From a bacterium (GTDB taxonomy: Bacteria; Synergistota; GBS-1): 64,000 nucleotides of DNA. The DNA is taken from NCBI GenBank assembly GCA_030153785.1, contig JASKLF010000005.1, positions 1-64,000 on the forward strand, written 5' to 3'. Of this stretch, positions 49,645 to 59,911 are shown one piece after another. Under the pieces are notes generated by a model. That model was given only the letters and a program-made list of their open reading frames with translations, was not told the DNA's origin and ran no database searches. The first letter of the stretch is position 1. Each line of letters begins with the position of its first letter. The position numbers were made by a program, and so were the translations under genes.

Positions 49645-49918
49645 AAAGGCTGTGAAGGGGTGAAGTAGGCTTCACCTCGCCGACAGAGAGGGAGCGCCAA
49701 CGGGGCTGAGAGCGCTCCTCGGAGTTGAGGCGAAGCTGAAACGGGCCCCTGAGCCGAGGCTCGAAGAAAGGCTTAATGTAGCCAAGTAGAGCCTCCGGAT
49801 GGCTCCGTTAAAGGCCGCTAAAGTGGGTAGAAGGGAAAGGTTACCTTTCTACCAAGAAGGGTGGCACCGCGAGGCTTGATAGATAAGCCCCGCCCCTTAT
49901 AGGGGGTGGGGCTTTTTT
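49645..49918 (+). ncRNA. T-box riboswitch, probable Arg (CGG) specifier
   Basis: GA motif, AGTA, AGAGA and GCTGAGA stem I elements; GAA-A-CGG at 49738-49744; stem II/CCGTTA; AGGGTGGCACCGCG T-box; terminator 49885-49918. Confidence 0.9.
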
Positions 49919-49934
49919 ACGGGGAGGTGTAGGA

Positions 49935-51056
49935 ATGAAGGCTCTCTTGGTTTTAGAGGATGGGACCGCCTTTGAGGGAAGCTCTTTTACGGGTGCGGGT
50001 GAGGCTGTGGGTGAGGTTGTTTTTAATACCAGCATGACCGGGTATCAGGAGATTTTAACCGATCCATCCTATAAGGGGCAAATAGTTACCATGACCTATC
50101 CATTGATAGGAAACTACGGTGTTAACGATGAAGATGTAGAGTCTTCGCAGGTTCAAGTTGAGGGCTTGGTAGTTAGGGAGTATTGTCCTTTTCCTAGTAA
50201 TTGGCGGTCCAAGATGAGCTTAGCTGAGTATCTTAAGAGAGCGAACGTTTTAGGAATTGAGGGTATAGATACGAGAGCCTTAACGAGAAGAATCCGTCTT
50301 TATGGTGCAATGAAGGGCATAATTTCAACGATGGATTTAAATCCGAAGTCTTTGCTCGAGCGTCTTAATGCCTTTCCGGGAATGGTGGGGATGGACCTTG
50401 CTACCCCTATATCTACAAGGAAGCCATATCTCTGGAATGGCGGTAAAAGGATATTTTTAGACGGACTTAAGGGCTTTTCTTGGAGGGACGATAGTAAACC
50501 CTATAAGGTCATAGTTTATGACGGTGGGGTTAAGTTCAACATTTTAAGGGAGCTTGAAGCAAGGGGTTGCGAGCTTTTAGTTGTTCCCATTTGGACCTCC
50601 GCTGAGGAGGTCTTTTTTTTAAGTCCTACAGGGGTTTTTCTCTCAAACGGGCCGGGTGATCCCGCCGCTATTAAAGGGGTCATTCTGGAGGTTAAAAAAC
50701 TTATAGGTAAGATACCCATCTTTGGGATATGCCTTGGGCATCAGATAATCGGGCTTGCTATGGGAGGAAAAACCTATAAGCTTAAGTTCGGTCATAGGGG
50801 AGCGAATCACCCCGTTAAGAATCTTGCTAACGGGAGGATTGAGATAACATCTCAGAATCATGGTTTCTGTGTAGATATGGATTCTCTTAAAGGGTCTGGC
50901 ATGGAAGTAACTCATATAAACTTAAACGATGGAACTCTTGAAGGCATGAGACATAGGCGACTTCCGCTGTTTTCTGTTCAATATCATCCCGAGTCAAGTC
51001 CTGGTCCTCACGATTCGAAGTATCTCTTTGATGAGTTCGTAAATATGATGAGTTAA
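49935..51056 (+). CDS. carA: Carbamoyl-phosphate synthase small subunit
   Basis: FNTSMTGYQE, LSNGPGDP, GICLGHQ and QYHPE motifs. Confidence 0.96.
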   Translation: MKALLVLEDGTAFEGSSFTGAGEAVGEVVFNTSMTGYQEILTDPSYKGQIVTMTYPLIGNYGVNDEDVESSQVQVEGLVVREYCPFPSNWRSKMSLAEYLKRANVLGIEGIDTRALTRRIRLYGAMKGIISTMDLNPKSLLERLNAFPGMVGMDLATPISTRKPYLWNGGKRIFLDGLKGFSWRDDSKPYKVIVYDGGVKFNILRELEARGCELLVVPIWTSAEEVFFLSPTGVFLSNGPGDPAAIKGVILEVKKLIGKIPIFGICLGHQIIGLAMGGKTYKLKFGHRGANHPVKNLANGRIEITSQNHGFCVDMDSLKGSGMEVTHINLNDGTLEGMRHRRLPLFSVQYHPESSPGPHDSKYLFDEFVNMMS

Positions 51057-51059
51057 GGG

Positions 51060-54000
51060 GTGAAGGATATGCCTAAGAGGACTGATATAAAGAGGATCTT
51101 GATTATAGGTTCGGGCCCAATAGTGATAGGACAGGCCTGCGAGTTTGATTACTCAGGTAGTCAGGCTTGCAAGGCTTTGAAGGAAGATGGCTTTGAGGTA
51201 GTTCTCGTGAATAGCAATCCCGCCACAATAATGACAGACCCGGAGATGGCCGATAGAACCTATATAGAGCCTATAGTTCCGGAAGTGGTTGAAAAGATAA
51301 TAGCTAAGGAAAGGCCCGATGCTATTCTTCCAACTCTCGGTGGACAGACAGCGTTAAACACCGCTATAGCGCTTGCAGAGAATGGAGTGCTTGAAAAATA
51401 TGGAGTTGAAATGATAGGGGTTTCTCCTGAGGCGATAAAGAAGGCAGAAAGTAGAGAGCTTTTTAAGAAGGCCATGGAGAGGATAGGTTTAAGAGTTCCG
51501 AAAAGCGGAATAGCGAGAAGCATGGCTGATGTGAGGAGGATAGCTAAGGAGATAGGCTTTCCAATAATAGTAAGACCCAGCTTCACTTTAGGAGGGACAG
51601 GTGGAGGGGTTGCCTACAGTTGGGAAGACCTTGAGGTTTTGGCGCAGGCGGGTCTTTCTGCGAGCATGGTTCATGAAGTCCTTCTTGAAGAGTCTGTTTT
51701 GGGGTGGAAGGAATACGAGCTCGAGGTAATGCGAGATAAGAAGGATAATGTGGTGATAATATGTTCCATAGAGAACTTTGACCCCATGGGGGTTCACACG
51801 GGAGATAGCATCACGGTTGCTCCCGCTCAAACCTTAACCGATAAGGAATATCAGAAAATGAGGGATGCAGCTATAGCTGTGATAAGGGAGATAGGGGTTG
51901 AGACAGGGGGAAGCAACATCCAATTTGCTTTAAACCCTGAAAACGGGGAGATGATGGTTATAGAGATGAATCCCCGCGTTTCTCGCAGTTCCGCTTTAGC
52001 CTCTAAAGCCACAGGCTTTCCAATAGCTAAGATTGCGGCAAAACTTGCTGTTGGATATACTCTTGATGAGATACCGAACGATATTACAAGGGAAACCTAT
52101 GCTTCCTTTGAGCCGACGATAGATTACTGTGTCGTTAAGATCCCCAGGTGGGATTTTAAGAAGTTCCCCGGCGCTAAGGATGAGCTCGGCACTTCTATGC
52201 GTTCCGTTGGAGAGGTTATGGCTATAGGGCGCACCTTTAAGGAGGCGCTTCAGAAGGCGGTTCGCTCTCTTGAGATAGGAAGATACGGCCTTGGTTCGGA
52301 TGGTAAAGATCCCAAGGCCTTGACAAGGGAGGAAATAGAGGAGAAGCTTTCCCGCCCGAATTCTGAGAGATTGTTCTACATTAAATATGCCCTTCAAGGC
52401 GGTTTTTCCGTTGATGAAGTTCATAGACTGACCAAAATAGACCCGTGGTTTTTGAATAACATAAAGCAGATAGTTGATTTGGAGGAAGAGCTTAAAAGGT
52501 TTAAGGGCTACCCGCTAAGCGATATTCCTCAGGACCTGTTTAAGAAGGCCAAGTCTTACGGTTTTTCTGATAGACAGCTTGCCTGCCTTTGGGGTAGAGC
52601 CGAGGAAGAGGTTAGGAGGGAGAGGGAAAGGAGAAACCTTTTCCCCGTGTATAAGCTTGTAGATACGTGCGCTGCTGAATTTGAGGCTTATACGCCTTAT
52701 TACTACTCTACCTATGAGATCGAAGATGAGGCAAAGGTTTCCAATAATAAAAAGGTAATTATTCTGGGTGGCGGTCCCAACAGGATTGGTCAGGGTATAG
52801 AGTTTGATTATTGCTGTGTTCATGCATCCTTTGCCTTAAGAGAGGAAGGAATAGAAAGCATAATAGTTAACAGTAATCCGGAGACGGTGAGCACTGATTA
52901 TGATACCTCTGATAGGCTTTATTTTGACCCTTTGACCCTTGAGGATGTTCTTCATATAGTTCGTGAGGAGAAGCCTTGGGGGGTAATAGTTCAGTTTGGT
53001 GGGCAGACACCATTAAATTTAGCACTCCCCTTATACAATAATGGGGTACCTATAATAGGGACGAGCCCCCTTGAGATAGAGAGAGCCGAAAACAGAGACG
53101 AATTTAGAGAGTTCCTCTATAAGCTTGGTTTGAAGCAGGCGCCGAGCGGAATAGCCTTTAATCTTGAGGAGGCCTTAAAGATAGCGGAAGAGATCGGTTA
53201 CCCCGTTTTGGTGAGGCCATCCTATGTTTTGGGTGGCAGGGCTATGGAGATAGTTTATAATGAGGAAAGGATGAAAGGCTTTTTTGAAAGAGCTATTGAA
53301 GAGGCCCCGGGGGCTCCCGTGTTAATAGATAAGTTCCTTGAAGGTGCAACCGAGGTAGATGTGGATGCTGTGGCCGATGGAGAGATATGTGTTATAGCTG
53401 GGGTAATGGAGCATATCGAGGAGGCTGGGATTCACTCTGGGGATAGTGCGTGTGTTCTTCCTCCTCATACATTACCAAAGGATATGGTGGATGAAATAAA
53501 GCGTCAGACAAGGCTTTTGGCAAGGGAGCTTAACGTTGTTGGTTTGATTAATGTTCAATATGCCGTTAAGGATGGAGAGATATATGTTCTTGAAGTTAAT
53601 CCGAGGGCTTCTCGAACGATTCCCTTTGTTAGCAAAGCTACCGGGATTCCATGGGCTAAGATAGCTACCAAGGTAATGATAGGTAAAAAGCTAAGGGAGC
53701 TTGGAATAACTGAAGAGGTGGAGATAGAACATGTGGCTGTTAAGGAAGCGGTTTTACCGTTCTCGCGCTTTCCAGGTGTGGATCCTCAGCTTGGTCCCGA
53801 GATGCGTTCAACGGGTGAAGTTATGGGGATAGATTATAGCTACCCCTTGGCCTATGCGAAGGCTCAGATTGCGGCGGGCATGAGGCTTCCAAGGGAGGGG
53901 AAGGCCCTTTTAGCTGCTGATGAGGAGTCCTCTTTAAAGATAATACCCATTGCACAGAGGCTTTTAAGTCTCGGGTTTACCCTTGGAGCTTTCCAGTTCA

Positions 54001-54302
54001 CCGCTTCTCATCTTAAGCGTAACGGTATTCCCTGTGAGGCGTTAAAGGGCACTTCCAAGATAAGGAAAGGAGAATTTTCCTTGATAATAGGTATAGGCTC
54101 GGGTAGGGAGATATCGGAAGCGAGAAGGCTTGCTGTGGACCTGAGCATCCCTTATGCCACTACCGTTTCAGGAGCGAAGGCTATGATAGATGCTATAGAA
54201 GCCTTAAGGAGTGAGGAGTTGGAGGTAAGGCCTATTCAGGAGTACTATCTTCGGCGTGCCTTCCGCTTTGAAAACCTTGAAAGAAGGTTCAGAATCGTAT
54301 AA
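51060..54302 (+). CDS. carB: Carbamoyl-phosphate synthase large subunit
   Basis: [17 protein letters not shown] and two ATP-grasp halves. Confidence 0.96.
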   Translation: MKDMPKRTDIKRILIIGSGPIVIGQACEFDYSGSQACKALKEDGFEVVLVNSNPATIMTDPEMADRTYIEPIVPEVVEKIIAKERPDAILPTLGGQTALNTAIALAENGVLEKYGVEMIGVSPEAIKKAESRELFKKAMERIGLRVPKSGIARSMADVRRIAKEIGFPIIVRPSFTLGGTGGGVAYSWEDLEVLAQAGLSASMVHEVLLEESVLGWKEYELEVMRDKKDNVVIICSIENFDPMGVHTGDSITVAPAQTLTDKEYQKMRDAAIAVIREIGVETGGSNIQFALNPENGEMMVIEMNPRVSRSSALASKATGFPIAKIAAKLAVGYTLDEIPNDITRETYASFEPTIDYCVVKIPRWDFKKFPGAKDELGTSMRSVGEVMAIGRTFKEALQKAVRSLEIGRYGLGSDGKDPKALTREEIEEKLSRPNSERLFYIKYALQGGFSVDEVHRLTKIDPWFLNNIKQIVDLEEELKRFKGYPLSDIPQDLFKKAKSYGFSDRQLACLWGRAEEEVRRERERRNLFPVYKLVDTCAAEFEAYTPYYYSTYEIEDEAKVSNNKKVIILGGGPNRIGQGIEFDYCCVHASFALREEGIESIIVNSNPETVSTDYDTSDRLYFDPLTLEDVLHIVREEKPWGVIVQFGGQTPLNLALPLYNNGVPIIGTSPLEIERAENRDEFREFLYKLGLKQAPSGIAFNLEEALKIAEEIGYPVLVRPSYVLGGRAMEIVYNEERMKGFFERAIEEAPGAPVLIDKFLEGATEVDVDAVADGEICVIAGVMEHIEEAGIHSGDSACVLPPHTLPKDMVDEIKRQTRLLARELNVVGLINVQYAVKDGEIYVLEVNPRASRTIPFVSKATGIPWAKIATKVMIGKKLRELGITEEVEIEHVAVKEAVLPFSRFPGVDPQLGPEMRSTGEVMGIDYSYPLAYAKAQIAAGMRLPREGKALLAADEESSLKIIPIAQRLLSLGFTLGAFQFTASHLKRNGIPCEALKGTSKIRKGEFSLIIGIGSGREISEARRLAVDLSIPYATTVSGAKAMIDAIEALRSEELEVRPIQEYYLRRAFRFENLERRFRIV

Positions 54303-54324
54303 AATAATTTAAGGTGATGCTTTC

Positions 54325-54798
54325 ATGGAGTATACTTATATAGTTGTAAAGCCCAATGCGGATGAAAGGGCTGAGAGGATAATTGAAGAGCTTCCCTGTA
54401 AGGTAGAGAAGGTAGCGCTTCATGTTTCTCTCCCGCGGGAGTTCTGGGAGAGCTTTTATGTGGTCCACAGAGGAAAGAGCTTTTATGAGGAGCTTTTGGA
54501 TTTTATGTCCAGCGGAAATACGAGCCATTTTATAGGATACGGCGATGGGGTTATAAAGAAGGTGAGAAAGGCTATAGGGGCTACGGACCCTTCTAAAGCG
54601 GAGCCTGGCACTATAAGGGCTAAGTATGGGAGGAGCATAACGGAAAATGCCATTCACGCTTCGGATAGCCCTTCATCGGCGCACTTCGAGTTAAGCGTTG
54701 GCTTAACGGGGTTGCTTCAATATGGCTATATAGACCTAAAGAGGTTTATGGAGCTTAAGGAGAGGTTTTTGGGAGGGGAGGAAGTAAAGCATGCCTGA
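54325..54798 (+). CDS. ndk: Nucleoside-diphosphate kinase
   Basis: VKP, GATDP..AEPGTIR and NAIHASDS motifs. Confidence 0.88.
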   Translation: MEYTYIVVKPNADERAERIIEELPCKVEKVALHVSLPREFWESFYVVHRGKSFYEELLDFMSSGNTSHFIGYGDGVIKKVRKAIGATDPSKAEPGTIRAKYGRSITENAIHASDSPSSAHFELSVGLTGLLQYGYIDLKRFMELKERFLGGEEVKHA

Positions 54799-56119
54799 GA
54801 AGCTGGTTGTTATAGGTGGTGTAGCGGCTGGCCCTTCTGCGGCCTTTAAGGCGAAGAGAACCAATCCTGATCTGGAGGTTCTTTTGATAACCGATGAAGA
54901 AGACTTGTCCTATGGAGCCTGTGGTTTACCTTACTTGATAAGCAGAAAAATTTCTGAGAGAAGAAGGCTTGTTGCAAGAGACGTTGAGGCTTTTAGAAAA
55001 GGGGGTATAGATGTCAGGCTTAAAACCCGTGTAGAGAAGATAGATGTGAATGGAAGGTTCGTTGTGGCAGGCGGGGAAAATATACGCTACGATTATCTTC
55101 TTATAGCTACGGGTGCAAGCCCCCTTATTCCCCCCTTTGAAGGGGTTAACCTTGATGGAGTTTTTACCTTAAGAACCCTTAGGGATGGCGATAGAATAAT
55201 AGATTATATAAGAAGAGAAAACCCTTGGAAGGCAGTCATAGTTGGTGCAGGCTATATAGGGGTTGAGATGGCAGAGAGCTTTGCTTCTTTGGGTATGAGA
55301 GTTACCATGGTTGAGCTCATGCCTCATATACTCATTAACATGGATGGCGACATTGCAGAGAAGGTGGAGAATTACCTTAGGGAAAACAGGGTCGAGGTTT
55401 TAACATCTACAAAGGTTTTGGGTTTCGAGGGAAAAAGAAGGGTAGAGAGGGTTATAACCGATAAAGGAAAGATCGAGGCTGACATAGTCCTTCTCGCCAT
55501 AGGGGTTAGACCGAATTCGGAGCTGGCTAAGGAAGCCGGCTTAGCATTGGGGCCGAAGGGCTCCATAGATGTCAATAATCTCATGGAAACATCCGTTCCG
55601 GGGATTTACGCGGCGGGTGATTGTGCCGATGCCGTGCATCTTGTGACAGGTAAAAAGGTTTATATTCCTCTTGGCAGTACCGCTAATAAGCAGGGAAGGG
55701 TTGCGGGTAGCAACATTGCGGGTGAGCGCGCAATCTTCCCAGGGGTCGTGGGAACCGCTATAGCTAAGGTGATGGATATGGAGATAGCGAGAACGGGGTT
55801 AAGTGTCGAGGAGGCGAAGGCTGAAGGATTAAAGATAAAAACTTCCCTTATAGAGTCACACACTACAGCCGGCTATTACCCTGGTGGTTCCTCTATCTCG
55901 GTAAAGATAGTAGCTGAGGAGGAAACGGGTAGAATACTTGGTGGACAGATATTCGGTGGGCCGGGAAGTGCGATGAGAATTAACGCCCTGGCTGTTGCGG
56001 TATCAAGCGGAATGAAGATATGGGATTTTGCTTATCTTGACTTGGCGTATGCGCCTCCCTTTGCTCCCGTATGGGATCCTCTGCTTGTTGCTGCGCAAAA
56101 TCTTCTTAAAGAATATTAG
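54791..56119 (+). CDS. CoA-disulfide reductase / NADH oxidase family flavoprotein
   Basis: GGVAAG, SYGACGLPY, GAGYIG and YAPPF motifs. Confidence 0.88.
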   Translation: MPEKLVVIGGVAAGPSAAFKAKRTNPDLEVLLITDEEDLSYGACGLPYLISRKISERRRLVARDVEAFRKGGIDVRLKTRVEKIDVNGRFVVAGGENIRYDYLLIATGASPLIPPFEGVNLDGVFTLRTLRDGDRIIDYIRRENPWKAVIVGAGYIGVEMAESFASLGMRVTMVELMPHILINMDGDIAEKVENYLRENRVEVLTSTKVLGFEGKRRVERVITDKGKIEADIVLLAIGVRPNSELAKEAGLALGPKGSIDVNNLMETSVPGIYAAGDCADAVHLVTGKKVYIPLGSTANKQGRVAGSNIAGERAIFPGVVGTAIAKVMDMEIARTGLSVEEAKAEGLKIKTSLIESHTTAGYYPGGSSISVKIVAEEETGRILGGQIFGGPGSAMRINALAVAVSSGMKIWDFAYLDLAYAPPFAPVWDPLLVAAQNLLKEY

Positions 56120-56807
56120 CTATAGAGTCATAAACGAATTGGGCTAAGGTCAGAAAGTCAAAGACGGGTAGACCAAGCTCCATTTGAACTCTCGGTGTAT
56201 AAGGCGGTAGGTTATGGCATTCAAAGAGGATAGCTTTTGTATCGGGATGTTCATAAACTAACTCTTTTGCCGTTTCTAACACTTCCTTTTCTATCTTTAT
56301 AAAATCTCCATCAGGGGAGTCCTCGAGTATGACCCTTTTGGATTCGCTTTTGCCTTCAAGCCCCTTTATCCCAAGGGGAATTCCCTTGCCTCCCGCGGCT
56401 TCAATATGAGATTCAGACAGCGACCTTGAGTTTGCGGTTATGATGCCGATTTTCCCCCTCACCATCTTGTAAATCAAAGGTATCATTATTAGCCCTGAGG
56501 CGAATACGGGAACCTTTACCTCCTGGGCTAACCTGTCCTGAAATAGAACGGTGAAACCGCAGCTTGTGGTTATTGCCTTTACTCCTTCCGCTTCGAGCTC
56601 TTTTGCCCCTTTTATAAATGCATCTATAAGGCTTTCTTCCGTTTTCCAGACCACCGTTTTAAGGTTTGCCCCCTTAACCTTTTTAAGCTTCACGGGGAAT
56701 GGATAGGTCTGGGGATTACCCACATCACCTATTATTCTTGGAAATTTAGTTTCAAGCATCAATACTCCGAGGATGGCGGTATTTCCCTTCATGGTTGAAA
56801 ACCTCAC
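56106..56807 (-). CDS. Asp/Glu racemase-superfamily protein
   Basis: FPRIIGDVGN, TTSCGF and ECHNLPPY motifs. Confidence 0.8.
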   Translation of the reverse strand: MRFSTMKGNTAILGVLMLETKFPRIIGDVGNPQTYPFPVKLKKVKGANLKTVVWKTEESLIDAFIKGAKELEAEGVKAITTSCGFTVLFQDRLAQEVKVPVFASGLIMIPLIYKMVRGKIGIITANSRSLSESHIEAAGGKGIPLGIKGLEGKSESKRVILEDSPDGDFIKIEKEVLETAKELVYEHPDTKAILFECHNLPPYTPRVQMELGLPVFDFLTLAQFVYDSIANIL

Positions 56808-57596
56808 TTACAGGTCTTTTCTAAAAGGCTTATAGGCTAAAAGCTCTAAAAGAACTTCGGCTAAAAGGCCGGGAACTCTTCCTATGGCAAATATTCCCCT
56901 TCCCGTTAGGTAGGGGAATCCCATGTCGCTAAGTATGGACCCTGAGGCTCCGTCTATGTTCATATATATTCCCTTATGTTCCGAAAGTAGCTTTTCGATC
57001 TCTATGGCGAGCTTTAGATGCGGACCATCCACTTCCAGTTCTTTCGCTAATGCAATTAATGCGGGAGGACGTGGATCCCTGTTATGGTATCTATGTCCGT
57101 ATCCCGGTATTTTTTTGCCGTTTTTCATGTGATCTTCAAATATTACCTGAGCTGCCTCTTTGAAGGATAGACCTTCCTTCTCTATTAGCCTTTCTACGCT
57201 CTCCTGAAAGAGCTTCATGGCAAGCTCTATTGCACCCGCGTGGTGATCCCCGAAGGCTAATATTCCTCCTGCTATTGCAGCTTGAATGGGGGAACCGGCA
57301 GAAACTATAAGTCTTGCGGTTTTCGTGCTTGCCGGCGTTGGCCCGTGGTCACACATGGCTACGAAGATTGCTTCAAGCATTCTTGCCCTTTCCGGAGACG
57401 GTCTTTCACCTTTAAGAAGAAACCAGACCACTTCTGCGAAGCTCCAGCTTCTTATAAGCTCTTCTATTCTTATTCCCCTGACTATGATGTGATTAGGTTC
57501 TATCTTTGTTATCCCTCTGTCTGGAGGGATGGGAATCTCCTTGCTTGGTGACATTTTGATCTCCCGCCTTTCTCTCTGGTCTTCTAATAAACTCAC
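56808..57596 (-). CDS. Citryl-CoA lyase / short citrate-synthase-family protein
   Basis: DHG-TPAST, GDHHAGA, PGYGHR, DPR and NIDG motifs; 262 aa; AGGAGG RBS. Confidence 0.85.
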   Translation of the reverse strand: MSLLEDQRERREIKMSPSKEIPIPPDRGITKIEPNHIIVRGIRIEELIRSWSFAEVVWFLLKGERPSPERARMLEAIFVAMCDHGPTPASTKTARLIVSAGSPIQAAIAGGILAFGDHHAGAIELAMKLFQESVERLIEKEGLSFKEAAQVIFEDHMKNGKKIPGYGHRYHNRDPRPPALIALAKELEVDGPHLKLAIEIEKLLSEHKGIYMNIDGASGSILSDMGFPYLTGRGIFAIGRVPGLLAEVLLELLAYKPFRKDL

Positions 57597-57633
57597 GATT
57601 AAGACACCTCCTAAGGTTTAATGAGACGGTAAC

Positions 57634-57777
57634 AAAAAAGCCCGCTCCAGATTTTCTGGAGCGGGCCAGGAAGTCGAAAATAAGCTGATCTCGGGTTACC
57701 GCCCGAGATATCCTGGCCCCTATTCGCTTCTTCTCCTTCTTAAGGCTAAATACTTTAAAAGCTACAGCCCTTCTCAT
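57634..57777 (-). promoter_or_regulatory. Lys-rich leader ORF plus attenuator
   Basis: GGAGG-ATG, MRRAVAFKVFSLKKEKKR; antiterminator 57711-57719 with 57663-57671; terminator with a 12-bp stem at 57640-57666 plus U6. Confidence 0.72.
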
Positions 57778-57806
57778 TTTTGCCTCCGTTTAGATGCTTT
57801 TCTCCT

Positions 57807-57835
57807 ATTTTATCTTAGGAGTTTATGCTAGTCAA
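57807..57835 (-). promoter_or_regulatory. Sigma70 promoter upstream of the leader
   Basis: TTGACT-17 nt-TAAAAT on the minus strand. Confidence 0.7.
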
Positions 57836-57877
57836 GAAGCTGAGGACAAATTTTTGTAAGGGTGCCGAGAACTTTAT

Positions 57878-58480
57878 CTACGATGGTATGATATCTTTTC
57901 TGAGGATTCTTATTCTCCTTCCCGCCTTTTCTATGATTCCCTCTCGAATAAGGTCCTGAAGGACTCTTGATAAGGCAGGGCGTGCACAGCCAAACATTTT
58001 GGATAGGTCTTCAATAGTTACATTTAGAACTAAATAGCCATCTTCATTTGCATGCTGTATTAAATAATACAGGAGCCTTTCTTTTAGGGTTTTAGTGCTA
58101 AGAAGGAAGAGCTTTTCTGAGACCATCCTGAAGTGTTCGGATATGTCTTCGAGAAAGAAAAACAATATATCTTTTCTCTTCATTAGAATATCGAGGAAAT
58201 CTTTCCTTTCTATATGAAGAATTTTTGACTCCTCCTTCGCGGTTACTGTTGCGGGGTATTTGGGTTCCCTTGAGAATATAAGCCCAGAGGCTATTATTTT
58301 GATGGGCTTGATCGTATCGATTTCCAAGCTCTTTCCGCTATCCGATATGTGCTCCGTTGAGAGCAAACCTTCAAGGAGGATTAAAATTTCCTCTATTGGT
58401 TCTCCCTGAAGCTTAATGATCTCTCCCTTTTTATATATGGCTATCTTACCCTTCTGAAGCAGGTCCTCTAAATCGACCAA
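57878..58480 (-). CDS. hcpR: Crp/Fnr-family regulator (HcpR-like)
   Basis: cNMP-binding domain plus HTH (RPALSR); divergent from hcp; probable TTG start at 58480. Confidence 0.8.
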   Translation of the reverse strand: MVDLEDLLQKGKIAIYKKGEIIKLQGEPIEEILILLEGLLSTEHISDSGKSLEIDTIKPIKIIASGLIFSREPKYPATVTAKEESKILHIERKDFLDILMKRKDILFFFLEDISEHFRMVSEKLFLLSTKTLKERLLYYLIQHANEDGYLVLNVTIEDLSKMFGCARPALSRVLQDLIREGIIEKAGRRIRILRKDIIPS

Positions 58481-58496
58481 GGTTTCACCCCCGAAA

Positions 58497-58512
58497 TGTA
58501 ACAAATGTTACA
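58497..58512. promoter_or_regulatory. Crp/HcpR-type palindromic operator
   Basis: TGTAAC-AAAT-GTTACA between hcpR and hcp. Confidence 0.8.
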
Positions 58513-58575
58513 GACAGTTTCACTTGAAAATATTATAGTATAAAGTGAAATTATAAGAAGGAGGTTTGAGGAAAC

Positions 58576-59871
58576 ATGCAGATGTTCTGTTATCAGTGTT
58601 CTCAAACGGCGAAGGGTACGGGTTGTACCGAGCGTGGGGTTTGTGGGAAGAGTCCTACTCTTGCAAGACTACAGGATAATCTGATATTTGCTATAAAAGG
58701 CATATCTGCTTATTACTACCATGCAAGGGAGCTTGGTTATGATGATTCTGAGATAGCTGGTTTTCTTGATGAGGCGCTTTACAGCACCTTAACTAATGTG
58801 AACTTTGATGCGGAGGATTTTGTAAGATACGCGCTTGAGGCGGGAAAGATGAACTTGAAGGCGATGAAGCTTCTTAAGAAGGCTCATATCGATACATATG
58901 GGGAGCCCACCCCTGTAGAGGTGGAGACGGGGACGAGGAAAGGCAAGGGTATCATCGTTACCGGGCATAACCTTAAGGCGCTTGAGGAGCTTTTAAAACA
59001 GGTTGATGGGACAAACGTCTATGTTTATACCCACTCTGAGATGCTTCCTGCGCATGGGTATCCTGGCTTGAGAAAATATAAGAATCTGGTTGGTAACCTT
59101 GGAAAGGCGTGGTATGATCAGAGGAAGCTCTTTGCTGAATACCCCGTTGCCATACTTGGAACCTCAAACTGTGTATTGCTACCTGAGGAGTCTTATAAAG
59201 ACAGGATGTTTACTACGAGCATCGCAAGGCTTCCCGGGGTGAAGTATATAAGCGGCTATGATTATACTGAGGTGATTGAGAAGGCAAAAACTTTGCCTGA
59301 CCTGGAGGATAAACCTGGAACTTACAAGCTCAAAACAGGTTTTTCCACATCTGTGGTAGCCTCTCTTGTTGATAAGATAAGGGAGCTCGTTAATGCCGGT
59401 AAGATAAGACACTTCTTCGTGGTCGGAGGATGCGATGTGCCTTTCAAGAGAAACGAATATTACAGGGAGTTTGTTCAGAAGCTTCCTAAAGAGACGGTGG
59501 TTATCACCCTTGCTTGCGGTAAGTTTAGAATAAACGACCTTGATCTTGGAGAGATAGAGGGTATTCCGAGGCTGATCGATGTTGGTCAATGTAATGATAC
59601 GATCGTTGCAATAGAGATTGCGGAGGCGCTTGCGAAGGCTTTCAACGTGCCCGTTACAGATCTTCCTCTCACGCTCGTTCTAACCTGGATGGAGCAGAAG
59701 GCGGTGGCGATCCTTTGGACTTTGCTTGCGCTCGGTCTGAAAAATATCTATGTTGGGCCAATCATTCCTGCGTGGGTTAACGAGGATATATTGAAGGTAT
59801 TGACTACGGAGTTCGGTATAAAGGCTATATCGGAGCCTGAAAGGGATATAAATGAGATATTAAAGGTTTAG
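58576..59871 (+). CDS. hcp: Hybrid cluster protein (hydroxylamine/NO reductase), short form
   Basis: MFCYQCSQT...C...[25 protein letters not shown] and EQKA motifs. Confidence 0.95.
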   Translation: MQMFCYQCSQTAKGTGCTERGVCGKSPTLARLQDNLIFAIKGISAYYYHARELGYDDSEIAGFLDEALYSTLTNVNFDAEDFVRYALEAGKMNLKAMKLLKKAHIDTYGEPTPVEVETGTRKGKGIIVTGHNLKALEELLKQVDGTNVYVYTHSEMLPAHGYPGLRKYKNLVGNLGKAWYDQRKLFAEYPVAILGTSNCVLLPEESYKDRMFTTSIARLPGVKYISGYDYTEVIEKAKTLPDLEDKPGTYKLKTGFSTSVVASLVDKIRELVNAGKIRHFFVVGGCDVPFKRNEYYREFVQKLPKETVVITLACGKFRINDLDLGEIEGIPRLIDVGQCNDTIVAIEIAEALAKAFNVPVTDLPLTLVLTWMEQKAVAILWTLLALGLKNIYVGPIIPAWVNEDILKVLTTEFGIKAISEPERDINEILKV

Positions 59872-59878
59872 TTTTAGT

Positions 59879-59906
59879 AAGCCCCACCCTCTAAAGGGTG
59901 GGGCTT
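59879..59906. terminator. Bidirectional terminator hairpin
   Basis: AAGCCCCACCCT-CTAA-AGGGTGGGGCTT. Confidence 0.8.
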
Positions 59907-59911
59907 GGTTT

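Noticed and set aside
57493..57777. 94-aa ORF as an ordinary protein-coding gene
   Set aside because: It runs through a strong terminator and overlaps the next gene out of frame; better read as a leader
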